A stretch of DNA of 61,627 bases, the filler included, from Porpidia crustulata (lineage: Eukaryota): the NCBI GenBank assembly GCA_964255105.1. It is 12 parts of 12 records of this genome, joined end to end, with 100 filler letters (N's around TTAATTAATTAA, not from the genome) between each part and the next. Parts side by side here need not be neighbours in the genome. Positions count along the whole stretch, not along the records: positions 1 to 5,068 come from CAXUWE010001918.1; positions 5,169 to 10,234 come from CAXUWE010001919.1; positions 10,335 to 15,397 come from CAXUWE010001920.1; 9 more parts are not named here. One strand, given 5' to 3'. Below are positions 1 through 10,461 of this stretch, piece by piece; within the stretch, counting starts at the first letter, position 1; each line of letters starts with the position of its first letter. The notes under the pieces were generated by a model. The model ran no database searches. It was not told where the DNA came from and worked only from the letters and a program-made list of their open reading frames with translations. The position numbers and the translations under genes are program-made.

Positions 1-2537
1 CCTCCTCCCCCGCAGCCCTAAGCTCACCCGCCACATCTTCGGTTTTCTCCTCTGCAGTGACCATCACCATCCCTAGTCCACAATTCAGCACCCTTGCAAA
101 CTCCTCATGGCTCAGTTTTCCCATCGTCTTCAGCCACGCCATCACGGCCGGCATCTCCCATCTCGAGACATCAATTTCGGCCGCCACATGCTTCGGCAGC
201 ATCCTCGGAACGTTCTCCACCAAGCCGCCGCCGGTGATGTGCGAGAGGCCTTTTAGGAGGTCTTTGCCCACGGCCTTGAGGATGGGTTTGACGTAGATTC
301 GCGTCGGCGTCAGTAGACTCTCGCCTACGGTCTGGCGATCCAATGGTGCCCATGGCGCCTGGTCCTGGAAATTCAAGCCAGCGTGTTCGACGATTTCTCT
401 GATGAGCGAGAAGCCGTTGGAGTGGCATCCGCTGCTGGTTATCCCCAAAACGACGTCACCGACCTGCATGGCCGCCTTGTCTGGTAGCAACCGCCCACCA
501 TGCTTCACAGCTCCGACGGTGGCGCCCACGGCGTCGTACCCGTCATCAGACGCGAACATGCCAGGCATCTCTGCAGTTTCGCCGCCTATGAGTGCACAGC
601 CGGCCTCTTTGCAACCGGCAGCGACACCTTTGACAAACGCCTCTGCGACGTCAACATCTAGCTTGCCGCAGCTGTAGCAGTCAAGGAAGAAAAGTGGCTC
701 AGCGCCTTGTACCACCAGGTCGTTGACATTCATTGCTACCAGGTCAATGCCAATGGTATCGTGCTTTTTCATCGCGTGGGCAATTTTCAACTTTGTGCCC
801 ACGCCGTCAATCGCACCAATGAGGGTAGGTGGAGAGGTATAACCCGCGGCTGCGAGATCAAAGAGACCACCAAAGCCGCCAAGGTCGGCCGGTGCGCCTA
901 GTCGTGATGTCGATGAGACGTGGGGGATTATGCGCTTGACGAGGGTGTTGCCAGAGGTTATGTCCACGCCGGCGGAGGCATACGTCAGTGATTCACCACC
1001 TGACTGGGCCATATTTGCGGATGTAGAGGGAACGCCCAGAGCGCGGTGGCCGATATCAGTACGATGATGCATATTGGGGAAATGAATGGTTGAGATGCCG
1101 GTATAGGCGAGTATAATTGCAGCGTCAAGTGTAGCCGCGGTAGACGTGGCAGCTATGACTCGGCCGCCAGCAGTCGTGAGATCTTGAGAGGCGAGAGCTG
1201 TGCCGGCGTGGAATATCATGATATCGGAGGGAGGCGGACTTAAAGTGATAATCTCGCCGCGAACATAGGGTCCTGGATAACCTCCTGCTGCTGCAACGAC
1301 GGTGGCGGAAAACTTGGGCTCGATCCTAATTGTGATGGCGTCTAAATAATGGTCCGTACAAGCAACCATGATCTCTGCTAGATCGGTGTCTGGACTGATC
1401 AGTGGAAGTAGTGTTTGTGTTTCTGGATCACCAAAGCGAACATTATATTCGAGTACCTTCGGCCCCTTTTTGGTGATCATCAGGCCTGTGAAAAGTAAGC
1501 CAACGAGCGGGATGCCTATCTTTCAATCAGCTTTACTCAGTTATAGATAATGGAAGCTGCCAACCTTCCCTTCTCATCCCATCAACGGTTGGCTGCAATA
1601 TTTTATGATGTACCTCTTTTATCAAGTGTGGCGTTGCAACCTTTGTAGGTGCATAACAGCCCATGCCACCGGTATTCGGTCCAAGATCTCCATTATAGAC
1701 CTGCTTATGGTCCTGTGCTGGCGGGAGGGACCGAATAGTGTAGCCGTCACTGAACGTCAAGAAGCTCAGCTCATCACCTTCCAAGTACTCCTCAATTACC
1801 ACCTGATTCCCCGCAGCACCAAAATCTTTGTTCACCATAATGCTTTTAAGGGATTTTTGAGCCTGCTCTAAAGTAGATGGTATTACAACCCCTTTACCGG
1901 CCGCTAGACCATCGGCTTTCAGCACGATGTCATGCGAGATATTATCCAGGTACGATCTTGCCACTTCGTAATTATCGAAACTGCGGTAAGCTGCAGTGGG
2001 TATGTTATGTCTGGCCATGAATTCCTTGGAGAAAGCTTTCGAGCCTTCCATACGTGCAGCAGCTTTGCTGGGCCCAAAACACCGTATTCCCGCTGTCAAT
2101 AAGGATCAGTATTCCTATAATTTCCTGCAGTCGGTAAAGATCCCACCTGCACGGAAGAAACCTTCGATTCCTGCGACCAACGGCGCTTCAGGGCCTGGGA
2201 TGACGAGATTGATATCATGTTCCTTTGCAAATGCGACGAGTCCTGGAAAATCTTCTGGTTTAACGCAAGTCACATTATGCACGTTTCGCATGCCTCTTGC
2301 CGTGCCTCCCTCTCGTCCAAGTTAGAAGTCAATCTTCAGCATCGCGTGAGAGAGTAGCTCACATTGCCGGGCGCCACATATATGACGTCCACTATAGTCC
2401 TGTCAGAAAAGTGTCCAGAGATCAAGAGCATACAGCATTTGAAACTTGCCTCGACGCGACTGGCTCAACTTCCAGGCCAGGGCATGCTCTCTTCCTCCAT
2501 TTCCTACCAGCAGTATGCGAAGACGCTCTTTCTCCAT
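1..2537 (-). CDS. ADE5,7: Bifunctional GAR synthetase / AIR synthetase (purine biosynthesis), at least 4 introns, 3' end cut by contig edge
   Basis: Spliced reading MEKERLRILLVGNGGREHALAWKL..V/DVIYVAPGN/GGTA. GARS motifs MEGSKAFSK, KADGLAAGKGV, QDHK..GPNTGGMG. AIRS motifs YASAGVDI, DGVGTK, GGETAEMPG, HSNGFSL, HITGGG. Confidence 0.96.
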
Positions 2538-2827
2538 CACTAACCAAGTGCTGAATCGCCAATCGATATATTTAAATTGATAAGAAGTATAGGATATGAA
2601 ATTAGATAGCTATAGTTTCAGAAGTATGAGAATCCCGAAGAAGATTCAATGTCCGCGAATAGGCCTGGTTCGTCAATATCGCGGGCCCAAGTACGTATAA
2701 AACCCAATGGGAGCAGACATCTAGAACGTACAATGTTCACATTTAGCGATTTTGGAGTTTCTTGGTGAGAATCTTCAAGTGAACCCCACACCCCCACCGA
2801 CGGATAAGGCTACAGCTACTCGGCCCA

Positions 2828-2913
2828 CACCCCTCATCAGCCCACTACACCTAGGGTTGGGGCTTTGAAAAATTACAGCCCTAACCCTAGGTGTAGTGGG
2901 CCGATGAGGGGTG
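2828..2913. repeat. 86-bp inverted repeat (37-bp arms, 2 mismatches, 12-nt loop) containing TAGGGTTAGGG telomere-type motif; MITE-like or hairpin
   Basis: CACCCCTCATCAGCCCACTACACCTAGGGTTGGGGCT (2828-2864) vs reverse complement of 2877-2913 CACCCCTCATCGGCCCACTACACCTAGGGTTAGGGCT. Confidence 0.9.
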
Positions 2914-3018
2914 GAAACGAGTAGTGCGCATGAATCTTGGGCTAACCTCGATTTTTTGGCTGAAATCGGGACCAGAATTTTGATTAATTACACGCCAAAA
3001 GTTTTGGGGTATCTCATA

Positions 3019-3897
3019 TCAACGCAGTACGATTGCAAAATTATTCCTCGACCCTCCCTGCCTCACCTCCTGCTTCCTGAAAACCTTTCGTTCTCCAGCT
3101 ACCTGACTCTCATATCTCCAATAGTAATACACCAGCTTCAAGCTGATCTTCCTCCTCACCTTCACGTAGCCCAAGGCCTGCATCATTTCTAACAACTTCT
3201 CCTCATCCAAGTACCTAGAGTTATTTACGCAAGACGCTGGCAGCACGAGGAAAAGTCCCGGAAATATATCCACCATATCCCCCGACTTCTGTGTCCTCAG
3301 GAATTGTGATACCCTCTTCAGCATCTCTCCTCTCCTTGATGCATCCCCAACGTAATTCACGACCAAGCTCAGGCTCACGACCTCGAAACCCTGTTCTTCT
3401 AGTTTCTCTGATGTGGGTGCTTGCATCTCCATGAAGTCCTGCTGCTCGATTTCGGGGTGCTGTGAATGTAAATCTATCCTTGTGACGTCAAAGATCCCAC
3501 TCTTGGAACACGCGTTGTCCGTCCTCAGTGCGCCAACCTCGAGCATCCTCAATTTCTTCTTTTCACCAGAGGCGATATTGGCTTTCAAACGCGGCATGAG
3601 CTCAAAGAGCCATTCAATAAACACGCGGCTTGAATCTCCGCCCCTCTCGGACGATTGCCCTTGAATGCTGGCTTCTTGGTACTTTGGTAGACCGCCAGAG
3701 GTAGAAAGCTGGTACTTCAGGGACGATATGAGGCTGGTATCATTCATAGCTAATGCACTATTGAGCTGTTTCTGGAGCGTGTGGTGGCGACGAATGAGAG
3801 AGCGGGTCGCACGAGAGGAAAGCGAGGAAGGTTTCTTTGCTATAAGTGGCCTGGTGTTGGAAAGGAGAGCTTTGCGTTTGTAGTTCTTTGAGGCCAT
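3019..3897 (-). CDS. BMT2: 25S rRNA adenine-N1 methyltransferase (Bmt2/DUF3321 family)
   Basis: Intronless ORF from MASKNYK; GGL.KYQEAS..GQ..RGGDSS, LEVGAL, IDLHSQHP.I.QQDFM, SLSLVVNYV, GGSRNNFAIVL. Confidence 0.92.
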   Translation of the reverse strand: MASKNYKRKALLSNTRPLIAKKPSSLSSRATRSLIRRHHTLQKQLNSALAMNDTSLISSLKYQLSTSGGLPKYQEASIQGQSSERGGDSSRVFIEWLFELMPRLKANIASGEKKKLRMLEVGALRTDNACSKSGIFDVTRIDLHSQHPEIEQQDFMEMQAPTSEKLEEQGFEVVSLSLVVNYVGDASRRGEMLKRVSQFLRTQKSGDMVDIFPGLFLVLPASCVNNSRYLDEEKLLEMMQALGYVKVRRKISLKLVYYYWRYESQVAGERKVFRKQEVRQGGSRNNFAIVLR

Positions 3898-4045
3898 GGC
3901 ACCGAAGGTTGTTAAGCCTAGCCAGCTTAGCTGGATAGGCAGTTGTAAGCACTTCAATCCATCGGTTTGGAGATCGTGAACGATTAAAGCGGCAGCTTTC
4001 GAGAAAATCGGTATGGTTGTCACCGGCGCTAGTGCTACCCACAAA

Positions 4046-4056
4046 CTAGGGTTTAG
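4046..4056. promoter_or_regulatory. Telobox-like motif in the BMT2/RPL25 bidirectional promoter
   Basis: CTAGGGTTTAG (AAACCCTAG on minus strand) about 65 bp upstream of the RPL25 ATG. Confidence 0.4.
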
Positions 4057-4118
4057 CGACAAATCTGCTTGAACAATCGACATTCGAGAATTGACGGCAA
4101 GCATTCACGACCAACGCA

Positions 4119-4928
4119 ATGGCGCCAGGAAAAGATAGCAAGAGCAAAGGTGAGAATGTTCTACCCGCGTGTGGTCTCTGAGGTTGGGAAAGGCGGAAGT
4201 CGCTCGAGTACGCTACAAGGACTCGATGAACATGCTCGCTCCAGAAATTGGCAGTTGGACGACAAGCAACCCATATGATGTATAATAAGGAGCTCCAGGA
4301 ACCACTGGCTGACACATTGCATCTCAGGCCCCGTCACCGGCAAGCACAATGCCAAAGCCTCCCTCGCCGCCAAGTCCGCGCTCAAAGGCGTACGTCCCGC
4401 CCTACAAACGATCCCTCATAATTCCAACCGATCGAACTGACTCTCTATGCCAGGTCAACTCCAAAAAAGTCCGCAAAGTGCGCCTCTCGACCACCTTCCA
4501 CCGTCCAAAGACCCTCCAACTCTCGCGCGCCCCCAAATATCCCCGTAAATCCGTACCCCACGAACCCCGCCTCGACCACCACAAGGTCATCATCCACCCG
4601 CTAAACACGGAGAGCGCGATGAAGAAGATTGAAGAGAATAATACGCTGGTGTTTATTTGCGACGTCAAGGCGAATAAGAGGCAGATCAAGGATGCATTGA
4701 AGAAGCTGTACGATGTGGATTGCGTGAATATTAATACTTTGGTCAGGTGCGTTGTCAATTAATTATTTTCTCACTTAGGGTTGTAAAATGGAGTTGGGAT
4801 GGGGGTGTCCTTGGAGGGCTAATGGGTGTATCTGCAATAGACCCGATGGATCGAAGAAGGCTTATGCGAGGCTGACGCCGGACGTGGATGCTTTAGATAT
4901 CGCGGCGACGAAGCTGGCGATTGTTTAG
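4119..4928 (+). CDS. RPL25: 60S ribosomal protein L25 (uL23), 3 introns
   Basis: [94 protein letters not shown], stop TAG 4926-4928. Confidence 0.97.
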
Positions 4929-5068
4929 ATGGTGATTGGGGATGGTGCTCGACGTGTGGCTTTAGTAATCCAAAATCTACAATCGAACACGCAACTCCCC
5001 TAATCCTGAACGAAGAGTGGAGTCCCTAACAACTTACATATGCGGAGCACCCACGCTCTACGCATCTC

Positions 5069-5168
5069 NNNNNNNNNNNNNNNNNNNNNNNNNNNNNNNN
5101 NNNNNNNNNNNNTTAATTAATTAANNNNNNNNNNNNNNNNNNNNNNNNNNNNNNNNNNNNNNNNNNNN
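5069..5168. other. Artificial contig linker 1
   Basis: N44-TTAATTAATTAA-N44, stops in all six frames. Confidence 0.98.
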
Positions 5169-5209
5169 GTTGTGAGGAGCCATTGGCGGGATTGGGTTGG
5201 GATGGTCAT
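5169..5209 (-). CDS. 5' end of a probable NADP-dependent alkenal/prostaglandin reductase-like (MDR) gene, cut by contig edge
   Basis: MTIPTQSRQWLLT resembles the fungal MAPPTxTRQWILANKP start; TATAAA-like box about 90 bp upstream. Confidence 0.45.
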
Positions 5210-6778
5210 CTTGATGGGTGCTTGCAGGCTAGGAGATGGTGATTGTCTGAGGAATGAGTTTGGTTTTACGTCCGAAACCGTTGTTGGGGGGCTTCTTTAT
5301 ACATTTGCGACTGACAGTGACAACATTAATAATGCGATTGACCGAGGTTGAAATTTGGATTGCACAACGTCAGAATCGGCAGGGACGGCCCGGCGCTCCA
5401 GCCCCTTTCGGTATCGTCACGTCTTCGGCCCTCGGTGATTCGCACCTGGCGCTTCAGCGATACCGATTTAGCCCCACTGATTCATGCTCATCCTCAATTG
5501 AATTGTCCAATCCAAGTCCATTGTCGCATTCTCTATGAGATCGCCTCTGATGTTGATGCTCTGCGGTGGCGCTGATGTAGGCCTGTGCTATCTGTCTATC
5601 TTGATCCAACACACCAACTAGCGACAGATCGGGCCGACTCGGATCTGTAGCATTTGCGTTGTGGATTTTGAGCCTTCGAGGCTGCAGGGTACATCTGGTC
5701 CAGACATGAGTTCAGATTGATATCTTTTGCCTGGTTGATCAAAGTGGAATTGGAACTTACTGTGCGAGCCCAAAGGAAGTGGGCTTCAATATTGCATGAT
5801 CTACTCTCTTACTCTACGAGTTTTATGCTTACTCTGGTACTGCATCTACTTCTACAATGATCTCTATTTCCTACCTCGTAAGGATCCTTAAAAAGACAGC
5901 CTTTACGCAATCTAGCAGACTACAAGCACATCTATCCAATTCCGACTCTAATGTACTTATCCTTCCCGAGCTTCTCTGGACCTAGACGTTTCGCCCACAG
6001 CTTAGTACGCTACGCTATTCAAGTGGCTCAAATGGCAAAGGGGGAAAATTGGGTATCAGGTTTGGTATATCAAGGGGCGATCGTTTCGATTCATTTCATA
6101 CTATATCCGCAACAAAAACCTTTCACATTTCCATATTTTTAGTTGGTGCAACGAAAGGAGTTGGGTATATGACCCCCTGGTTAACCTGTTGTTTACTTTC
6201 CTATAGTAATATTTTATTATGTCAATTATCGCCGGTGGCCCAGCCCAATAGTCCTTTGATATTAAGAACAACAAGATACATTGGGGCTGACGAAGGGATA
6301 ATTTTTACATTCCATTATGCAAGTCGCAATAGAGACGGACGATTGGCATTTTCCAGCTGTACACTCAACGAAGCGTTTGAAACTTTGTCAACCCAGACCA
6401 CTCGCTGTAGAAACTGCGGAGAGTATCAGATATAGGGTGTCAGCAGGCTTGCTAACCTATTAAGTTTGAGTTAGGTAGGTAGACGGAGCTTAAAGAAGGT
6501 GGCATCGGTGGAGTCGCGACAATTCGTTCATATTACCTTACTACTGAGATGAAGTCTCTTTCCCGGGTTTTCGCTAAGAGCCGGTTTCCCCAATGATACG
6601 AGATGTTCTTTCGATCCCTGTGAAGAAGGCATACCTTGAGCTTCTCGAATGCCATTACGAGTCACGCACATCTCACCTGATTGTTTCGCGTCTTGTATGT
6701 GGTAAGTTCTATCCCACAAGCCGAGCTTCTGTAGTAGCTTACGCTAGAACTTTGTTTGTAGCTTAAGGCCGTTCTCAG

Positions 6779-7742
6779 TACAGTGAAAACAAGTTTGGAA
6801 CCTTTGCAAGCCTTCGAGTTGGTACAATAGCCTTTGACAAGCCCATCGTACGTTTACCTCTTATATTCTACCCCACTGGAACATATAAACTGATTATCGC
6901 TACTACATATCAAGATTTCTCTACAAATCTATTTTCACTAGATTTGTCGGCCCTAGAAGTACCGTTTCGAGGTCCGCCAAGACTTCCTATGCCAAATTCT
7001 CAAGTTTTTCGAAAAGGCTCTGGATAGCAGCTTCAAAGTGAAAGCAGGCGAAGTTCCATTCCTTAAACAACGCGAAACGACTATCAGATACTGTCTCTAC
7101 TGGCTTTATACAGGCCAGCTTGATGGGTTCTTCCGCTCAAAAGCGATGAAGCCCACTCGCTGAGAATTGAAGGTTATGATAATGAAGGAGCAGACGGCGC
7201 TGTATGCGGCTCTACGTGAAGAGATCATTCCTTATTACCTTTACCAAAAACTCAGTTGCGGAGGTAGCACTGGATTATGTTGCATTTCGAGACTTTCTTT
7301 TGACGAGGTCATTAGTCTGTACATGCTGTCTAACGTCCATCAATTAAAGGCCTCAAGGATCAAGTTGTAGCACGAAAGGTCATGATCTATGGCGGATCAG
7401 TTCTTCGTGAAGCTGGTCGCCTTTCCTAGGGGGACACATATTCCAGAAGAAGTGCTCAATTACCAGATCCAGTCTTCAGCATCGATCTCGCCTGAGAGAA
7501 TATACCGTATGGTTCCATTCTGCGAGAAAGTTGTAGATTCTGGAGCGGAGCTCACTGGAGAAGCGCTAAACCACGATTTCCTTCCGCATACACACGCCTA
7601 TCGAATCTACGTACTCAATCAGTTGATAGCGCCCGATTGGAAAGAAGAAGTTTCACTATGCGAGTTCCATACGCATGACCAACCATGCTTCGAGACGGTG
7701 ATAAACTATGGAGAAAGAGGGACACGGAATGGAGCTAAATGA
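6779..7742 (+). pseudogene. Degenerate BTB/POZ-family gene, tandem paralog of 8124-9148
   Basis: Frameshifted pieces align with the neighbour: FGTFASLRVG~WGLLITVRVG; VISLYMLSNVHQ/KGLKDQVV~MVALYALAEFLQVRGLKDQII; PDWKEEVSLCEFHTHDQPC~TDWSYAAVCNFHDHDAEC. Confidence 0.7.
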
Positions 7743-8123
7743 ATATACCGGTTTAAAGCTTTGTGGTCATATTGAAGATGCCAAAGCTGCAAATCATGCT
7801 GATCAGCCCTAGAGAACTTACAGGCATCTTGTATTATTTTTGAATTATTGTTAGTTCTATGCTTTCATAAACAACACACCCCACCCCCTAGCTTGATTTG
7901 CTCAATGTATATTGTAGCCAAATATGGACATCAACACTGCGTGTTCAATAGCGTCTGCAATTGCGTTGCAGCACCAATATCAGGTGGCCCAGTGCCTACC
8001 GCCAAAGTTTCACCAGCGACAGCTTTGTTACGCATTGCTCAAGTTGTCACAAAGGCCTTTGGAATTCATTCATCTCCACGAACTCCTCCTTCCCTCCTGC
8101 AATCGATCCTTAACTTCGAAACA

Positions 8124-9148
8124 ATGCAGCAGCTCATCATGGATCAGTCAACTGTGGAACAAGGCGCCGCAGAAGTACCAAGCAAGGATCAGGGCTTCGC
8201 GGATCCACCGTAAGCCGATAGTCTACCTAGACACTACAAAAATGAGCCTGTAAAGAATTTTTAAGTAATCATTTTCTTAGCTTCGTTTGGGGGTTGCTTA
8301 TCACTGTTCGTGTCGGTCCGAACAGAGAGTCCTTCCATGTACATAAGGATCTTATAGGCCAGACGTCGGCCTTTTTTCAAAATGCTTGCAAAGGCGGCTT
8401 CAAGGAAGCAGATGGCATTATAAACCTACCAGGGCAGGAGCCGAAGATTTTCAAGCACTTCATTTACTGGCTTTACACGGGTAAAATCAGAGGATACTAC
8501 TATCCACCATCTTTAAGACCTACCATCAAGGAATTGAAGGTCGCTGCGAACGAAGTCCTCGAACTCAGCGACAAGGAAACGCTGGCAGACCTCGATAACG
8601 ATGATCCTGCAGGGCTGGCATTGAATCTGGCAAATTATCGCGACGTTCCATTACCTGCCATGGTAGCTCTGTATGCCTTGGCCGAATTTCTACAGGTCCG
8701 CGGATTGAAAGATCAGATAATTACTTCGCTGGCATTTGTCTACAGCTATAACAATATCGATAGGCCGAAAGAAGCATATGTCCTTTTCTGGGAAATCTCC
8801 AACTCTACGAAAGAACTAAAGCCAGGATGGCTTATGACTCCAGCTAAGGGTATCAACATGGCATGAAATATGCTGCCTCGCGGCTGCCACCTCCGGCGGC
8901 TACTTTTGGTACACTTCTGCGATAATGCGCTCACTCTGAAAGTAGAAGAGGGTGGAGAGACTTACAATCCCGCTTTCATGGAGGAAGCTTTTAGAGTCAT
9001 GGCTGGTCGTTGGTACGAAGATAGCGGTTTTACTGATTGGTCGTACGCAGCTGTCTGCAACTTCCACGATCACGACGCTGAATGTCCACTGGCTCGAAAA
9101 GACAAACTCACAATACCTTATTTTTCAGACGAGAGATATCTTGACTAA
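8124..9148 (+). pseudogene. BTB/POZ domain protein with one in-frame TGA (8864-8866); one intron 8210-8280
   Basis: ITVRVGP..ESFHVHKDLI..SAFFQNAC.GGFKEA..INLP..EPKIF..FIYWLYTG; ORFs 8294-8866 and 8870-9148 are in the same frame; C-terminal C.FH.H motif. Confidence 0.8.
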
Positions 9149-10234
9149 TCTGGAAGAATGGTCCATTGTGGGTTATTTGCTCTGCGGCCATGGTCGCAAT
9201 AGAATTGTGCAATCTGGGCAAAAGATTCCGAAACAGACTCAAATTCACAATACTAAGGTCTCCAAGCTAGGCAGACAGTCCGATACATGAGTTCTTTTAG
9301 ATAGTCGGCCATCTTTCAATCAAATCCGATCTTATAAGTCTGGAAGGAGATTCATTTGATTCACTCCCCTTTACGTGAGCTGCTACGCACACTTCCCTTG
9401 GTTGAAATTGCCGGCCTTCAACTCGCAACTTGAAGCTACAGCGTCTCTGCCTCAATGTGTCAGCAACGTTTTGTGAATCGAAGCTAACGAGTCGCCCGAT
9501 CTCTGCATATTCATATATTGCTTATAATTGATCCTGAGACGTATCTTGCATCTTTCTACGCCCCCACTCTGTCATCCTTTACTTCTCAAACACTCCTTGA
9601 CGCTTGATCGCTTCATGCCTAATCCTGAAATCGAAATTCTTAGAACGCTGAAACCTCAAATTATCGTGCTATCCTACTGCTAAGAGATCAAGATACTCAA
9701 CATGGTGATGGCTCATTCAGCACTGGCACATAGCTAACATTCAGTCAGAGATTGAGGATCTAGCTGACTATTGTTAGACGAGAACAAACCTCTTTCACTA
9801 GTTTTTTGGAACTCTCGGGAATAGATACAACCTATGTGCATACCTAGAAACACGAGACCCATGAGCTCGATATACTTGGTTTGTTAGATCAAAGGGTCTT
9901 CCTTAACACACACGGCTACAGGAAATCTTAATAGCTTCTCGATGCGGATGGAAAAGAAAATCCGCCGGCAAATAACGTTGATAAATAGGAAATATTCGAT
10001 AATAGGAGACTTTAGGCAGACCATGAGCGCGGCTTGTCCAAATTTCCTCATCGTGTATCAAAACCACTAATATCTTCTTCGCATAGTCTATTGAACGATG
10101 TGCTGTGTAGATAGGTAGAGGTGTCTCGATTGTCAAGTTTAACAGAGCGTTCCAAGGTCATCGAGGATGCAGAAGATGCAATACAAGCCCACCCAAAAAG
10201 TTAGCGAGGTTATATCTGGTGATCGTGGCTAATC

Positions 10235-10334
10235 NNNNNNNNNNNNNNNNNNNNNNNNNNNNNNNNNNNNNNNNNNNNTTAATTAATTAANNNNNNNNNN
10301 NNNNNNNNNNNNNNNNNNNNNNNNNNNNNNNNNN
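10235..10334. other. Artificial contig linker 2
   Basis: N44-TTAATTAATTAA-N44. Confidence 0.98.
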
Positions 10335-10461
10335 GGTTGTTTGCTCGCTATGTTTGCTCTCGAAGGCATATTTATCTTGGCATGGTCGTTATTGTAAACG
10401 GCTCTCAAGAGAAAAGAGCCGATCACGATTTTGCGAGCTTGCTGGGAAAGGTAGAGACTAA

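Noticed and set aside
4150..4327. snoRNA in RPL25 intron 1
   Set aside because: Only an imperfect ATGATG; the CTGA coincides with the branch site; no clear terminal stem or guide.
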